The position numbers and the translations under genes are program-made. This document shows, one piece after another, positions 18,635 through 27,845 of a stretch of DNA of 55,583 nucleotides; positions within the stretch are counted from its first letter, which is position 1, and each line of letters begins with the position of its first letter. The notes beneath the pieces were generated by a model that saw only the letters and a program-made list of their open reading frames with translations, was not told the origin of the DNA and did no database searches. The DNA comes from a bacterium. Its GTDB lineage: Bacteria > Patescibacteriota > Microgenomatia > UBA1400 > UBA12108. The stretch covers positions 1-55,583 of the forward strand of contig JBAXNV010000003.1 in the NCBI GenBank assembly GCA_037133595.1, read 5' to 3'.

Positions 18635-20461
18635 TTTATTGAGTTTGTATAGAACCAAGTAATTGACTGATTGGTCAATTGTGTGAGGCAATCTATCACA
18701 ATATGACAAGACTTCATTCGTGTTTAAATGGGCCATTTCATGAAATGCAAAATCTGGTGTTAGCCGGAATATCTCACACTCTTTATGCAATTGATCGTAT
18801 TTGATCACTTCATTGAAAGTTGGTTCCATCTCGCCAAAAAGATCGTCATAGTATGCGATTGGATTGGTTAGTAAATATATTTGCTTGTATTTGCAGATAT
18901 CGTCTGGAATTGAGAATGATCCACTGGAATATAGTGCTTGGCTGACTTGGCCATCATTCGTTGAATAGTCAACTAGAGATTGATGAGTCACTGCAATTGT
19001 TGAATAGTCGTATATAAAGTGAAGTGGTTCAGCTAGCTTATAATTCCCTACGTTGTTATAGTCAACCATTATTAGATCACGCGATTTGTCTAGGGGTAAC
19101 TTGTTAAATTCCTCTAATTGATTGTATATTCCCTTATATTCTGAAAATAACATAATTGGAGATGAAATTAATAGATTGATCGTGATTAAAAGTGCAGTAA
19201 TAACAAGAACGATTTTTTCATTAAACTTGATCGAAATAAGATAATAAAAAGCAGTCACACTTATGGGAATAATTAAAGGATAAAACCGTCGTAAGAACCA
19301 TGGTTGATCAAGCGTTATCATGGGATTGAAAAGATAGAACAGCTGAGGAAGAGATAGAAATATAATCAGAGCCAGATTTTGAGATTTGACTTGCTTCAAT
19401 TTACTTATTGCAACAAATAAGGCAGGAACTATAAAAATATAGAATATTTGATTGTACTTAATTAACAAAAAATTTGTTACTTCTGGAATGTGATATTCTA
19501 AAGCATTCTTGCTTAGAGCGACTGCATTCTTTATTGATAACGCTGAGTTACTTATCGTACCTTTGTTTAATATATTGCTTATGATATTGTCTGTCATAGA
19601 AATGAGTTGCGAAAGATAGTGCCGATCTACTTGAGTGTAATAAGCGGCGACTATCCCAATACATAGCAAAATTAGCAACATGTGCGAAACCTTTAACTCT
19701 AGCTGCTTTTTTAGTAATGAATAAATAGCTAAAGGTAATAGCATGCCAATAAATAATACTGACTCGATTCGGACGCAAATCAAAAGTGTCGACGCAATTA
19801 TAATGTAAGCAAGTTCTCGACTTAGCACTGAATTAAGAATAAACATGAATAACATGAATGCAATGTTTTCGCTGTAAGTGGACCTAGTAAACCAAAAAAA
19901 TGGAAATGAAGTAATTGTAACTAGCAATGGAGCTAGAGGATTAGTATTTACAATTTTTTTCAAAAGGGCATATAAATTAATAAGGCCAAAGAAGAGTAAT
20001 ACCGAATTAGCAAACATGATATTTTGATACCCAAATATAAGTATGAATACTGATAACCAGCTTATATATCCCAAAAAGAAAGCCGGTTGGTATACTGATC
20101 CGTTATTTACTTCGTAACCAGGATATGAACCAATGAGTTGACTATCAATCTTGTAAGTTTTTGTTTTCACGATAGATAAAGCACTATTAGCGTATACCCC
20201 ATTATCTCTCCCGCCGAAATATGTTTCATGATTGAACAATGATAGAAAAATTACAAAACTGGCAATAAATGCAACTGGAATTATCTGACTTAAGCTGGGT
20301 AAGCGAAAATTATTTACAGGAGCGATGAATAGACAACCAATGCCAAGCAATACCATCGCCGGGATAATTGTGTAAAACGAGAATACGCCAATGATCGCTG
20401 TCAACATCGCAGCAATATTTGTCATTATTAAAAATATATTTATTTTTGATAGTATTTTCAT
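18602..20461 (-). CDS. Polytopic membrane protein, probable GT-C glycosyltransferase
   Basis: 'GGRDNGVYAN.A', 'WFTRSTYSE' and 'PWFLRRF.P' motifs; many TM segments; AT-rich. Confidence 0.7.
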   Translation of the reverse strand: MKILSKINIFLIMTNIAAMLTAIIGVFSFYTIIPAMVLLGIGCLFIAPVNNFRLPSLSQIIPVAFIASFVIFLSLFNHETYFGGRDNGVYANSALSIVKTKTYKIDSQLIGSYPGYEVNNGSVYQPAFFLGYISWLSVFILIFGYQNIMFANSVLLFFGLINLYALLKKIVNTNPLAPLLVTITSFPFFWFTRSTYSENIAFMLFMFILNSVLSRELAYIIIASTLLICVRIESVLFIGMLLPLAIYSLLKKQLELKVSHMLLILLCIGIVAAYYTQVDRHYLSQLISMTDNIISNILNKGTISNSALSIKNAVALSKNALEYHIPEVTNFLLIKYNQIFYIFIVPALFVAISKLKQVKSQNLALIIFLSLPQLFYLFNPMITLDQPWFLRRFYPLIIPISVTAFYYLISIKFNEKIVLVITALLITINLLISSPIMLFSEYKGIYNQLEEFNKLPLDKSRDLIMVDYNNVGNYKLAEPLHFIYDYSTIAVTHQSLVDYSTNDGQVSQALYSSGSFSIPDDICKYKQIYLLTNPIAYYDDLFGEMEPTFNEVIKYDQLHKECEIFRLTPDFAFHEMAHLNTNEVLSYCDRLPHTIDQSVNYLVLYKLNKSITDSLFKCQ

Positions 20462-21516
20462 TCGAACAAATCTTTCGGAATACTAACTTCCATGAATTTC
20501 TTGCACTGCCTTGATTGTTTCACAATTACATCATTTCGGTATACTCTATTGGTTATTAGTTCGTATATCTCACTTGATAACCCCTCTACATCATCAGGGT
20601 CAATTTTTTTGCATGAATTTCCGACTACTTCTGGCATACTGGAAACGTTGGTAGTAATTACTGGACATCGATAATACATTGCTTCTAGTGGTGGGATCCC
20701 AAATCCCTCGTAAAGTGATGGATAAACAAACACATCTGCATGCGTGTATAAATACTTTTTTTCTTCGTTACTAATATAACCAGTAAAAATGACTTGAGAG
20801 TCCAAGCCAAGTTGATGAACCAATTTGTAAGTACTTTGATATTTCCATCCGTTTTTACCTGCTATAACCAGTTTATGCTGAATTTTATTAGCTAGGTATA
20901 GTAAGGAGTATGCTTTTATTAGAGTGTTTATATTTTTCCTGGGCTCTATTGTACCGACATATAATATGTAATTATTTGAAATATCCGACGATGGCTTCTT
21001 TTCCGCTGATGGTGGCTTAGGTAAGTTGGGATAGATGATACGTATTTTATCCTCAGGGACATGATAATACTTGATTAAATCATTCTTAGTATTTTGAGAT
21101 ATTACGGCAATTTTGTAACATGAAGTGACCGTTTTACGAAAAAATAGCAAATTAAAAATTACCCTTGACAATGGGTGTGTCCACCAAAATAAGAGCCATG
21201 AAATATCATAAACGAAGAATACTTCTTTTTGATTATATTTTAAATAATGAGGAATGCCAGTTAGATTTATGACATATTCAACTTCAGTTTTCCTAATGTT
21301 AAATGGCAAAAGATGAGCCCAACTATACGTTTTAAAATACCTCGTAAATAGTGGTATTAGCAGCAGATTTAATTTGTTAAACGAATTACGCTGGTAATCT
21401 ATATATAGTATATTTGGGTAATTGATTTTGATTTGTTTTGCGACTTCTCGAGCATAATAGCCTATACCAGTTGATTGATCTCTTATCGAATCTGAAATAA
21501 TTCCTATTTTATACAT
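20458..21516 (-). CDS. Glycosyltransferase family 4
   Basis: YVGTIEPRKN and PSLYEGFGIPPLEAM motifs. Confidence 0.95.
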   Translation of the reverse strand: MYKIGIISDSIRDQSTGIGYYAREVAKQIKINYPNILYIDYQRNSFNKLNLLLIPLFTRYFKTYSWAHLLPFNIRKTEVEYVINLTGIPHYLKYNQKEVFFVYDISWLLFWWTHPLSRVIFNLLFFRKTVTSCYKIAVISQNTKNDLIKYYHVPEDKIRIIYPNLPKPPSAEKKPSSDISNNYILYVGTIEPRKNINTLIKAYSLLYLANKIQHKLVIAGKNGWKYQSTYKLVHQLGLDSQVIFTGYISNEEKKYLYTHADVFVYPSLYEGFGIPPLEAMYYRCPVITTNVSSMPEVVGNSCKKIDPDDVEGLSSEIYELITNRVYRNDVIVKQSRQCKKFMEVSIPKDLFE

Positions 21517-22513
21517 ACTGCTTGTATATTAGTTCGTAATTATGAATAGCATTCATAGTTGATTTATCTTTCTTAGATGTTCGTAAGAAGTCGAGATTAT
21601 TGCCACCACAAGCGCCTTTACCGAGCAGCTTAACGATGCTGACTATAAATAATTTTACTTGATTAGTCTTGCATAATATACCATTATTTTCTGGAGTGAC
21701 TATTTCAGTTATTGATGAATTGTTCGAGGCAATAACTGGTATGCCACATGCTATTGCCTCAGCGACTGCATAACCAAAACCTTCTAACCGCGTAGGGAAA
21801 AGTAGTGCGTCGCACTTGTTATATTCCTTAGCTAGCTGAGCTGTTGTCAACTTGCCCAGCGGGATCATGTTGGGTAGATCGAAGCCCCTGGGAGGTGTAC
21901 TTCGGAGACCACTTGTGTAGTGAAGGACATAACTATCTCCCAACCCCTTCATTATCTTAGGGAGAAGGTCTGCACCTTTTCTGCTAATAAGATTACCAAC
22001 GAAAATTAAGTGGTGTCTACCATCTGTATTGTATTTATTTATTCGAAGCGGCTTAAAGATGGCAAGATCGATTCCGTTATATATGACTTCTACATTACTC
22101 GCATTTTTGAATACTCGATAAATTTCGTCACGAGTATATTTGCTGACTGCAATAATTTTTTCTGATGCATTGATTGATAAATATGTACTTGGCAGTAGCA
22201 CTAGATAGTGAGATATTTTCTGCCATACTGATGTATATTTTTGAAATTCTTTATCAAACACCAAATGATGTGCTGTTGAGACGAGTGGCTTACCATTCTC
22301 TTTGACGGCCCATGCATACTCGATGTTTGAATGGATTATGTCTCCGTCCGTCTTACGATTTAGTAATAGCATAATGATGGGGAAATATTGGCAAATTTTG
22401 GGGTAGTAATAGTAAGCAACACTTATCCCACTTCTCTTAAGACCTTCTCCTAGTGTCGTAAAGTAGGTGTCGTTTCCAGAGCCAGTTTTTATAATTTTGA
22501 AGGATATTTTCAT
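21509..22513 (-). CDS. Glycosyltransferase family 4
   Basis: VIYNGID, FVGNL..RKG and PTRLEGFGYAVAEA motifs. Confidence 0.93.
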   Translation of the reverse strand: MKISFKIIKTGSGNDTYFTTLGEGLKRSGISVAYYYYPKICQYFPIIMLLLNRKTDGDIIHSNIEYAWAVKENGKPLVSTAHHLVFDKEFQKYTSVWQKISHYLVLLPSTYLSINASEKIIAVSKYTRDEIYRVFKNASNVEVIYNGIDLAIFKPLRINKYNTDGRHHLIFVGNLISRKGADLLPKIMKGLGDSYVLHYTSGLRSTPPRGFDLPNMIPLGKLTTAQLAKEYNKCDALLFPTRLEGFGYAVAEAIACGIPVIASNNSSITEIVTPENNGILCKTNQVKLFIVSIVKLLGKGACGGNNLDFLRTSKKDKSTMNAIHNYELIYKQYV

Positions 22514-23613
22514 AGTAGATTAATAACTCGCTTTGATATTGCACTTGTGCTTGTAGACCTGATTAAGTCTTCTTTCCTAATGATATCCCCTATACCACCA
22601 ATATTGGTCGCAATGACTTTACACTCTGATGCAGTTGCCTCTGCGATCGTAAGACCGTAACCTTCCGTGTCTCCATCATCTGTTTGAATCGAAGGTGCAA
22701 TAAATATATCTGCTGTTGCAAAGTATGGTGGGAGATCTGAATGTTTGATTGCACCAGTGAATACTATATTACTATCTACTTTGAGACTTGATGATAACGA
22801 CTTGAGTTCATTCTCTAATGGGCCAGAGCCGATTATTAATAATTTTGTTTTTGGATGCTTCTTTAGTATTGCTGGCATTGCTTCTATCAGGTACCGAACA
22901 CCTTTCTTTTCCACGAGCCTACCTACAAAGAGCAAGAAGGGGCCAGTGATGCCGTATCTTTCCTTTAGCTTTTGATCGTATTTATTTGGATTAAATAATT
23001 TGGTATCTACACCCATCGGAATTATTTCAATTTTTGATTCTAGTTTTGGATTAATTTTGAGAATCTCGTTCTTGATTGCAGAGCTTACTACCGTTATTGA
23101 CTTGGCGTTTTCTAAGATGAGTTTCTTTAACTGAGTTAATAGTTTCCCCTGCAATCCAAAAATATCACCACCGTGTGATGTCACTATGTACGGCGTTTTG
23201 TTTACGAGAAAGTTGATATAGGCGGCGAGGCCCTGGGGAATTATCCAATGGGCGTGGATTGTGTCGGGTTTGAGTTTATTTACCAGCTTGATGGTAGCTA
23301 TGATCTCGGCAAGGAGAAAGAATGGGACTAATAGATAGTAAAACTTGTTGGACTTGAGCACGGGGAGAATTCCACCATTGCCAGCGAGCTTTTCCCACTT
23401 TGAAAAAAAGTAATGGAAACGATGGACTTTGAGGCCACTCATAATTTCATCATCTTTGGCACCAGGATAATGTGGGGCAAGTACCGTGATATCCATGGTC
23501 TTAGTGAGGCCACGACAAAGATCGAAGACAAAGGGGGGATTGGTATCTTCGACCCAACGAGGAAAGGTGGAAGCGAGTACCAAGACTTTTTTCTTATTTT
23601 TCGAACTTGGCAT
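22510..23613 (-). CDS. Glycosyltransferase family 4
   Basis: STFPRW, HAHWIIPQG, FVGRLVEKKG and EGYGLTIAEA motifs. Confidence 0.95.
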   Translation of the reverse strand: MPSSKNKKKVLVLASTFPRWVEDTNPPFVFDLCRGLTKTMDITVLAPHYPGAKDDEIMSGLKVHRFHYFFSKWEKLAGNGGILPVLKSNKFYYLLVPFFLLAEIIATIKLVNKLKPDTIHAHWIIPQGLAAYINFLVNKTPYIVTSHGGDIFGLQGKLLTQLKKLILENAKSITVVSSAIKNEILKINPKLESKIEIIPMGVDTKLFNPNKYDQKLKERYGITGPFLLFVGRLVEKKGVRYLIEAMPAILKKHPKTKLLIIGSGPLENELKSLSSSLKVDSNIVFTGAIKHSDLPPYFATADIFIAPSIQTDDGDTEGYGLTIAEATASECKVIATNIGGIGDIIRKEDLIRSTSTSAISKRVINLL

Positions 23614-24547
23614 ATTTCTCTCTTTTCTGGTTGAGAAGTACTTGTTCGATAAGTTTGCGATTGCCTGCTATTAGGTCAGAGACAAGGCCAAGGACCCAGA
23701 TCTGGAAGCCCGCAAGAAACATGATAGATCCAAATACGATAGATTGTAGGTGGCCAGAACCGTTGCCTAGTAGATAGAAGTATCCAAAGCGGGCGAGGAA
23801 GAATGTGCCAATAAGGATGAATATTGTGCCGAGATGAAAGAAAGTCTTGAGTGGCTCAAACATCGCAAACACGCGTACCATAGTAGAGCCTGTCATCTTG
23901 ATGTGCTGAGCCATGTTCTTGAACAGACGAGATTCGCGAGTCTTGGGGTTGGTAATTACGGGTACTGACTGGACTTTGAGCCCTATTTTGCCAGCTTGGA
24001 TAATGGTCTCGGTAGCATAAGAGAACTCGGTAACCACATTTAGCTCCATTGCAGCAGCACGAGAATATGCGCGAAAGCCAGACACAGCATCTGGTACATA
24101 GATACCTGCGAGGTTGCAGACGACAGAAGAGCCAATGTACTGCATGAGTTTTTTGAGTGGGGAGAAGTGAGCGATCTTGGCGGTCTGCCTATCGGCTATT
24201 ACAATATCTGCCCTTCCATTGAGAATTGGCCAAACAAGCTTGCCAATGTCTCCCTGGGGGTACTGATTGTCGCCATCGGTGTTGACTATGACATCAGCAC
24301 CCATTAAGAGTGCTGCATCTAGTCCATCCACAAAAGACTTGGCAAGACCACGAGTTTTTTGGTGAATAATAATCTTGGTTACATTATGCTTTTGGGCAAC
24401 CTGGATGGTTGCGTCTGTACTCCCGTCGTCGATGATCATGGTTTCGATTGTATCGATACCAGAAATTTTCTTGGGGATACTACCAAGTACGAGAGGAAGA
24501 GTCTCTTGTTCGTTGAGACATGGGATCATTACAACTAGTTTTGTCAT
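23594..24547 (-). CDS. Glycosyltransferase family 2 (polyprenol-phosphate glycosyltransferase-like) with 2 C-terminal TM segments
   Basis: IPCLNE, IDDGSTD, NTDGDNQY and DAVSGFRAY motifs. Confidence 0.93.
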   Translation of the reverse strand: MTKLVVMIPCLNEQETLPLVLGSIPKKISGIDTIETMIIDDGSTDATIQVAQKHNVTKIIIHQKTRGLAKSFVDGLDAALLMGADVIVNTDGDNQYPQGDIGKLVWPILNGRADIVIADRQTAKIAHFSPLKKLMQYIGSSVVCNLAGIYVPDAVSGFRAYSRAAAMELNVVTEFSYATETIIQAGKIGLKVQSVPVITNPKTRESRLFKNMAQHIKMTGSTMVRVFAMFEPLKTFFHLGTIFILIGTFFLARFGYFYLLGNGSGHLQSIVFGSIMFLAGFQIWVLGLVSDLIAGNRKLIEQVLLNQKREKYAKFEK

Positions 24548-24696
24548 ACTTTCTCTGTCCTATAATCTTTGGATTATATTGCTTATTCGACTAATATACA
24601 ACCCCTGTAATCTACTATCGAAATAGCTTCACTTTAATATCGCCCTATATATTTTGGTTATTGCGCTTGCTTGTTGAGATGTTATAATTTCGGAAT

Positions 24697-25317
24697 ATGA
24701 AAAATTCAAACCAAATTGCACAGATTGCGCTTACAAGTGTTGTCGCTATGGCACTATCTGCCTCACCAGCTCTTGCTGGTTATGGCTCTACTCCATCCAA
24801 TACAACAGGTACCCCAGCCTGCAATGACGAGGCACCAGCCAAGCCAACCTTCTCATATGTACGCAAATCCGGTGCTAGTGAGATCGAGATCGGCTGGAAT
24901 GCTGCTGATCGTGCTACCAGGTGGACTGTTGCTTATGGTAATGAATCTGGCAAATATATCTATGGCTCCGCCGACTTTGGAGACTCCGCTAGTCGCTCAA
25001 TCAATATCTCCATGTTGCCAAAAGGTGTTTACTACGTTGTAGTAAAAGCTAGTAATGGCTGCAAGCCTGGTCCCTTCTCCGACGAGCGCAAAGTTACCGT
25101 AACTGCCGATGGATCGGTACTTGGCACCAAAACATTCCGACCTTTCTCTGGACTAGTTCTTGGTACTAAAGTTACTTCCTCCCCTACACCAGCCCCTAGT
25201 GCTACACCAGAAGAAACTGTTTCATCCCCTACCCCAAGTGCTAGTGGCACTCCAGCAACTTCTGAGAGCCAATTGAATTGGTTTCAGAAATTGATCAAGT
25301 ACGTTTTTGGAGTGTAA
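24697..25317 (+). CDS. Secreted fibronectin type III domain protein with Pro/Ser/Thr-rich tail
   Basis: Signal peptide ending in ALA; 'P.KP...IGW...Y.YG...YYVVVKASNGC.PGPFS'; VLG motifs; amphipathic 'WFQKLIKYVFG' end. Confidence 0.8.
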   Translation: MKNSNQIAQIALTSVVAMALSASPALAGYGSTPSNTTGTPACNDEAPAKPTFSYVRKSGASEIEIGWNAADRATRWTVAYGNESGKYIYGSADFGDSASRSINISMLPKGVYYVVVKASNGCKPGPFSDERKVTVTADGSVLGTKTFRPFSGLVLGTKVTSSPTPAPSATPEETVSSPTPSASGTPATSESQLNWFQKLIKYVFGV

Positions 25318-25329
25318 GAATAAGAAACA

Positions 25330-25347
25330 TGCGCTAGGTGGAGCGCA
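25330..25347. terminator. Possible terminator hairpin between convergent genes
   Basis: tgcgct-aggtgg-agcgca, flanked by aagaa/ttctt. Confidence 0.35.
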
Positions 25348-25351
25348 ATTC

Positions 25352-26290
25352 TTACATAATTGGGTTATAGCTAGAGGTTCTGGTAAAGTTATCTGCAACC
25401 TCACCATCTATTTCTAGTATCCTGTTAATTCTAATTTGACCATCTTCGTTTGGTAATACATCCACCTTGGATCGCCACTCTGGGACAGTTGATTTATCCG
25501 TCATGGGCCAAAATCGTATGGCAGTAGAAACTCTTCTGTCGGCAAATTTGGTAGGGAAATATCCATCTTTTATTGGAACTTCTACTTGTTGTAAGACTTC
25601 TATATATTTTTGCCACAATCCCATCCCCATATCCACATCATCTAGTGGATGATTCATTACTGCCTCTTCGTCTAGTGGTTGGCCATCTTTGCCAAATAGC
25701 TTGTATTGGAGAGTTATTGGAAATTTCCATGGATTGTGAATAACAAGATCAATCTTGGTGTTGCTTGGAGGATCAATGTAGATTGAATCATCTGTGCCGT
25801 ATGGAAAATTAGTAAAGAGAGGATTATTGTGATGCATTGAATAATGAGTTGATGATTGTTCGACGACCATGGGGCCATAAAGCGCAGCACGGAAAATATC
25901 AGTCGAAGCTTTGCAAATACCAGAAGCAGGAAATTTGGCCCAGGGCTGATCAAATGATTTGCCGACAACAAAACCTTTTTTTGGATCAACGTTGTCTGGA
26001 TCACATGTTCCATCTGGGAACAATTTGTCAACTATTCCCAGACTTTCTCCTGGCTGGAATACCAAACCATCCAAAAGTCTTCGTGCAATAACCACATTAG
26101 CCAAGGTCCATGCCACAAACGGATAATCTCGGTCGATAAAAATTCCCAGAGGATTTTCACTTTTATTAACTATTGGTTCTTTGCTTTCTGGCGTTGTTGT
26201 TAGTAGGGCATATTTATTTATCTCAGCGGCAATTTTAAAAGCACCAACTGCACCAATAAGTTTAAGTACATCTCTTCTACTTGTAGTCAT
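25352..26290 (-). CDS. VanW-domain protein with twin-arginine-like N-terminus
   Basis: 'LDGLVFQPGE', 'GICKASTDIFRAAL' and 'HYS...GTD..I...DL...NP' motifs; N-terminal SRRDVLK. Confidence 0.75.
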   Translation of the reverse strand: MTTSRRDVLKLIGAVGAFKIAAEINKYALLTTTPESKEPIVNKSENPLGIFIDRDYPFVAWTLANVVIARRLLDGLVFQPGESLGIVDKLFPDGTCDPDNVDPKKGFVVGKSFDQPWAKFPASGICKASTDIFRAALYGPMVVEQSSTHYSMHHNNPLFTNFPYGTDDSIYIDPPSNTKIDLVIHNPWKFPITLQYKLFGKDGQPLDEEAVMNHPLDDVDMGMGLWQKYIEVLQQVEVPIKDGYFPTKFADRRVSTAIRFWPMTDKSTVPEWRSKVDVLPNEDGQIRINRILEIDGEVADNFTRTSSYNPIM

Positions 26291-26354
26291 AACGCTGCTT
26301 ATTCTTAATGTGTAATGATTTAAATTATACCGTAAAGTGTGCTAAAGTTGATTA

Positions 26355-27248
26355 ATGAGCACTAATAAACAATCTTTTGATGATCTGTATATCAAAATTA
26401 TCGATCAATTCCCCAATCCTATTTGGAGATCTGGGTTAGATACCAAGTGTGATTTCTTTAACAAGTCGTGGCTAACGTTTACTGGTCGAACAATGGATCA
26501 GGAAATGGGTAATGGGTGGGTAGAAGGAGTTTTTAAAGAAGACTTGGATGCTTGTGTTAAGACATACCTCGATGCCTTTAAAGCTCATGAGCCTTTTAGC
26601 ATGAAGTATCGACTAAAATACAACGATGGGACTTATCACTGGCTACTTGATGCTGGGGCACCATTTTTTGATGACGACAACAAATTCTTGGGATATATCG
26701 GATCTTGTTATGATATCAACGAGGAAGAAGAGCGCTTGATTAGTAAGAATATTGAATCCATCGTGCTTCAGGCAATTCACGACGGAATCTGGGACTGGGA
26801 CGTATCTTCGGGAAATGCCAGTTTCTCAAAAACGTTTTACGAAATACTTGGTTTTGATAATAATGAGTTTGTAGCCAACTATAGTAATTGGCTGGCTCTT
26901 GTTAGCCCAGAAGACAAGGAAAGGGTAGAAAGAGAGCTGGTGGAAAGCACGAAGTCGGCGAATAGCTTTGATATCGAGCTTCGAATAAAAAATAAAAAAG
27001 GTGATTGGTTTTGGGCCTTAACGCGCGGCAAAGTTATCGAAAATAACCCTGATGGCAGCGCTAAAAGAATGATTGGCACATTTTCGGACATATCTAAGCG
27101 CAAGCAGATCGAAACCGAACTATCGAATACTCAGGAAAACTATAAACAAAAATTGAAAGAGGCAGAAAAACTTAATGCGCTAACTGTCGAAAGAGAGTTG
27201 AAGATGATAGAGTTGAAAAAGAGAATCAAAGAGCTTGAAGCTAAATAG
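26355..27248 (+). CDS. Tandem PAS/PAC sensor protein with C-terminal coiled coil and no output domain
   Basis: 'FFNKSWLTFTG...GNGW...D...YRL...DG.YHW...G.P', 'DGIWDWD...RGKV...G...DIS.RK' and 'ERELKMIELK' motifs. Confidence 0.88.
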   Translation: MSTNKQSFDDLYIKIIDQFPNPIWRSGLDTKCDFFNKSWLTFTGRTMDQEMGNGWVEGVFKEDLDACVKTYLDAFKAHEPFSMKYRLKYNDGTYHWLLDAGAPFFDDDNKFLGYIGSCYDINEEEERLISKNIESIVLQAIHDGIWDWDVSSGNASFSKTFYEILGFDNNEFVANYSNWLALVSPEDKERVERELVESTKSANSFDIELRIKNKKGDWFWALTRGKVIENNPDGSAKRMIGTFSDISKRKQIETELSNTQENYKQKLKEAEKLNALTVERELKMIELKKRIKELEAK

Positions 27249-27831
27249 AATCGATGCTGCTGATATAAACAGTGTATGAGTACTTGCATGGGCAGGTGCA
27301 CCCACCCATATCACAACTAGCTGTTCTTGCCTCGAAATTAATGAATGCTTCCTGAGCTTTGTTGTCGATAACCCCAGTGAATCTATCTAGTGATCCAGAA
27401 GGCCCATTTGCAATACCCTGCGCAGCCCAGTTGAGCTGGGAAAACTGGCGTTTGTATATATCGTATACACCATCAAAATAATACTTATTGTTGTCTGGCT
27501 TGCCGGATTGTTGAATAACCGATGCTTGCCAGGTCTCGTAAGACTTGTGTTTGTGTAAGGGAGTTAGATCCAGTGGCTTAGGAATCTTGACCTTTTCCCA
27601 TTGTATGCTGGGAGATGAGAATGGCGTTGTAATAAATTTTGTTGCGGTTATTGGAGCTTGTGGTACTGCATTAGTTGTTGGTACGGTTGGTATAGCTGAT
27701 GACTGAATGTAAATCTTTTGCGAAGTATTGCCACCTTGATAGTACAACATTGCTACATACCCAACAACAATTACCAAAATTACTAGCCTTGCCACTTTCT
27801 TTATTTTTGATCTATTTTTATCAACTGGCAT
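27241..27831 (-). CDS. Membrane-anchored hypothetical protein with Cys-rich C-terminus
   Basis: N-terminal TM segment; C-terminal CDMGGCTCPC. Confidence 0.7.
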   Translation of the reverse strand: MPVDKNRSKIKKVARLVILVIVVGYVAMLYYQGGNTSQKIYIQSSAIPTVPTTNAVPQAPITATKFITTPFSSPSIQWEKVKIPKPLDLTPLHKHKSYETWQASVIQQSGKPDNNKYYFDGVYDIYKRQFSQLNWAAQGIANGPSGSLDRFTGVIDNKAQEAFINFEARTASCDMGGCTCPCKYSYTVYISSIDSI

Positions 27832-27845
27832 ATTACCGATCCTTA

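Noticed and set aside
25352-26290. VanW as evidence of vancomycin resistance
   Set aside because: No vanHAX or vanRS is present, and VanW domains are widespread outside resistance clusters.
25315-26307. 10-bp inverted repeat (taagaataag / cttattctta) flanking the VanW gene as IS ends
   Set aside because: Short and AT-rich, with no transposase or target duplication; plausibly chance.
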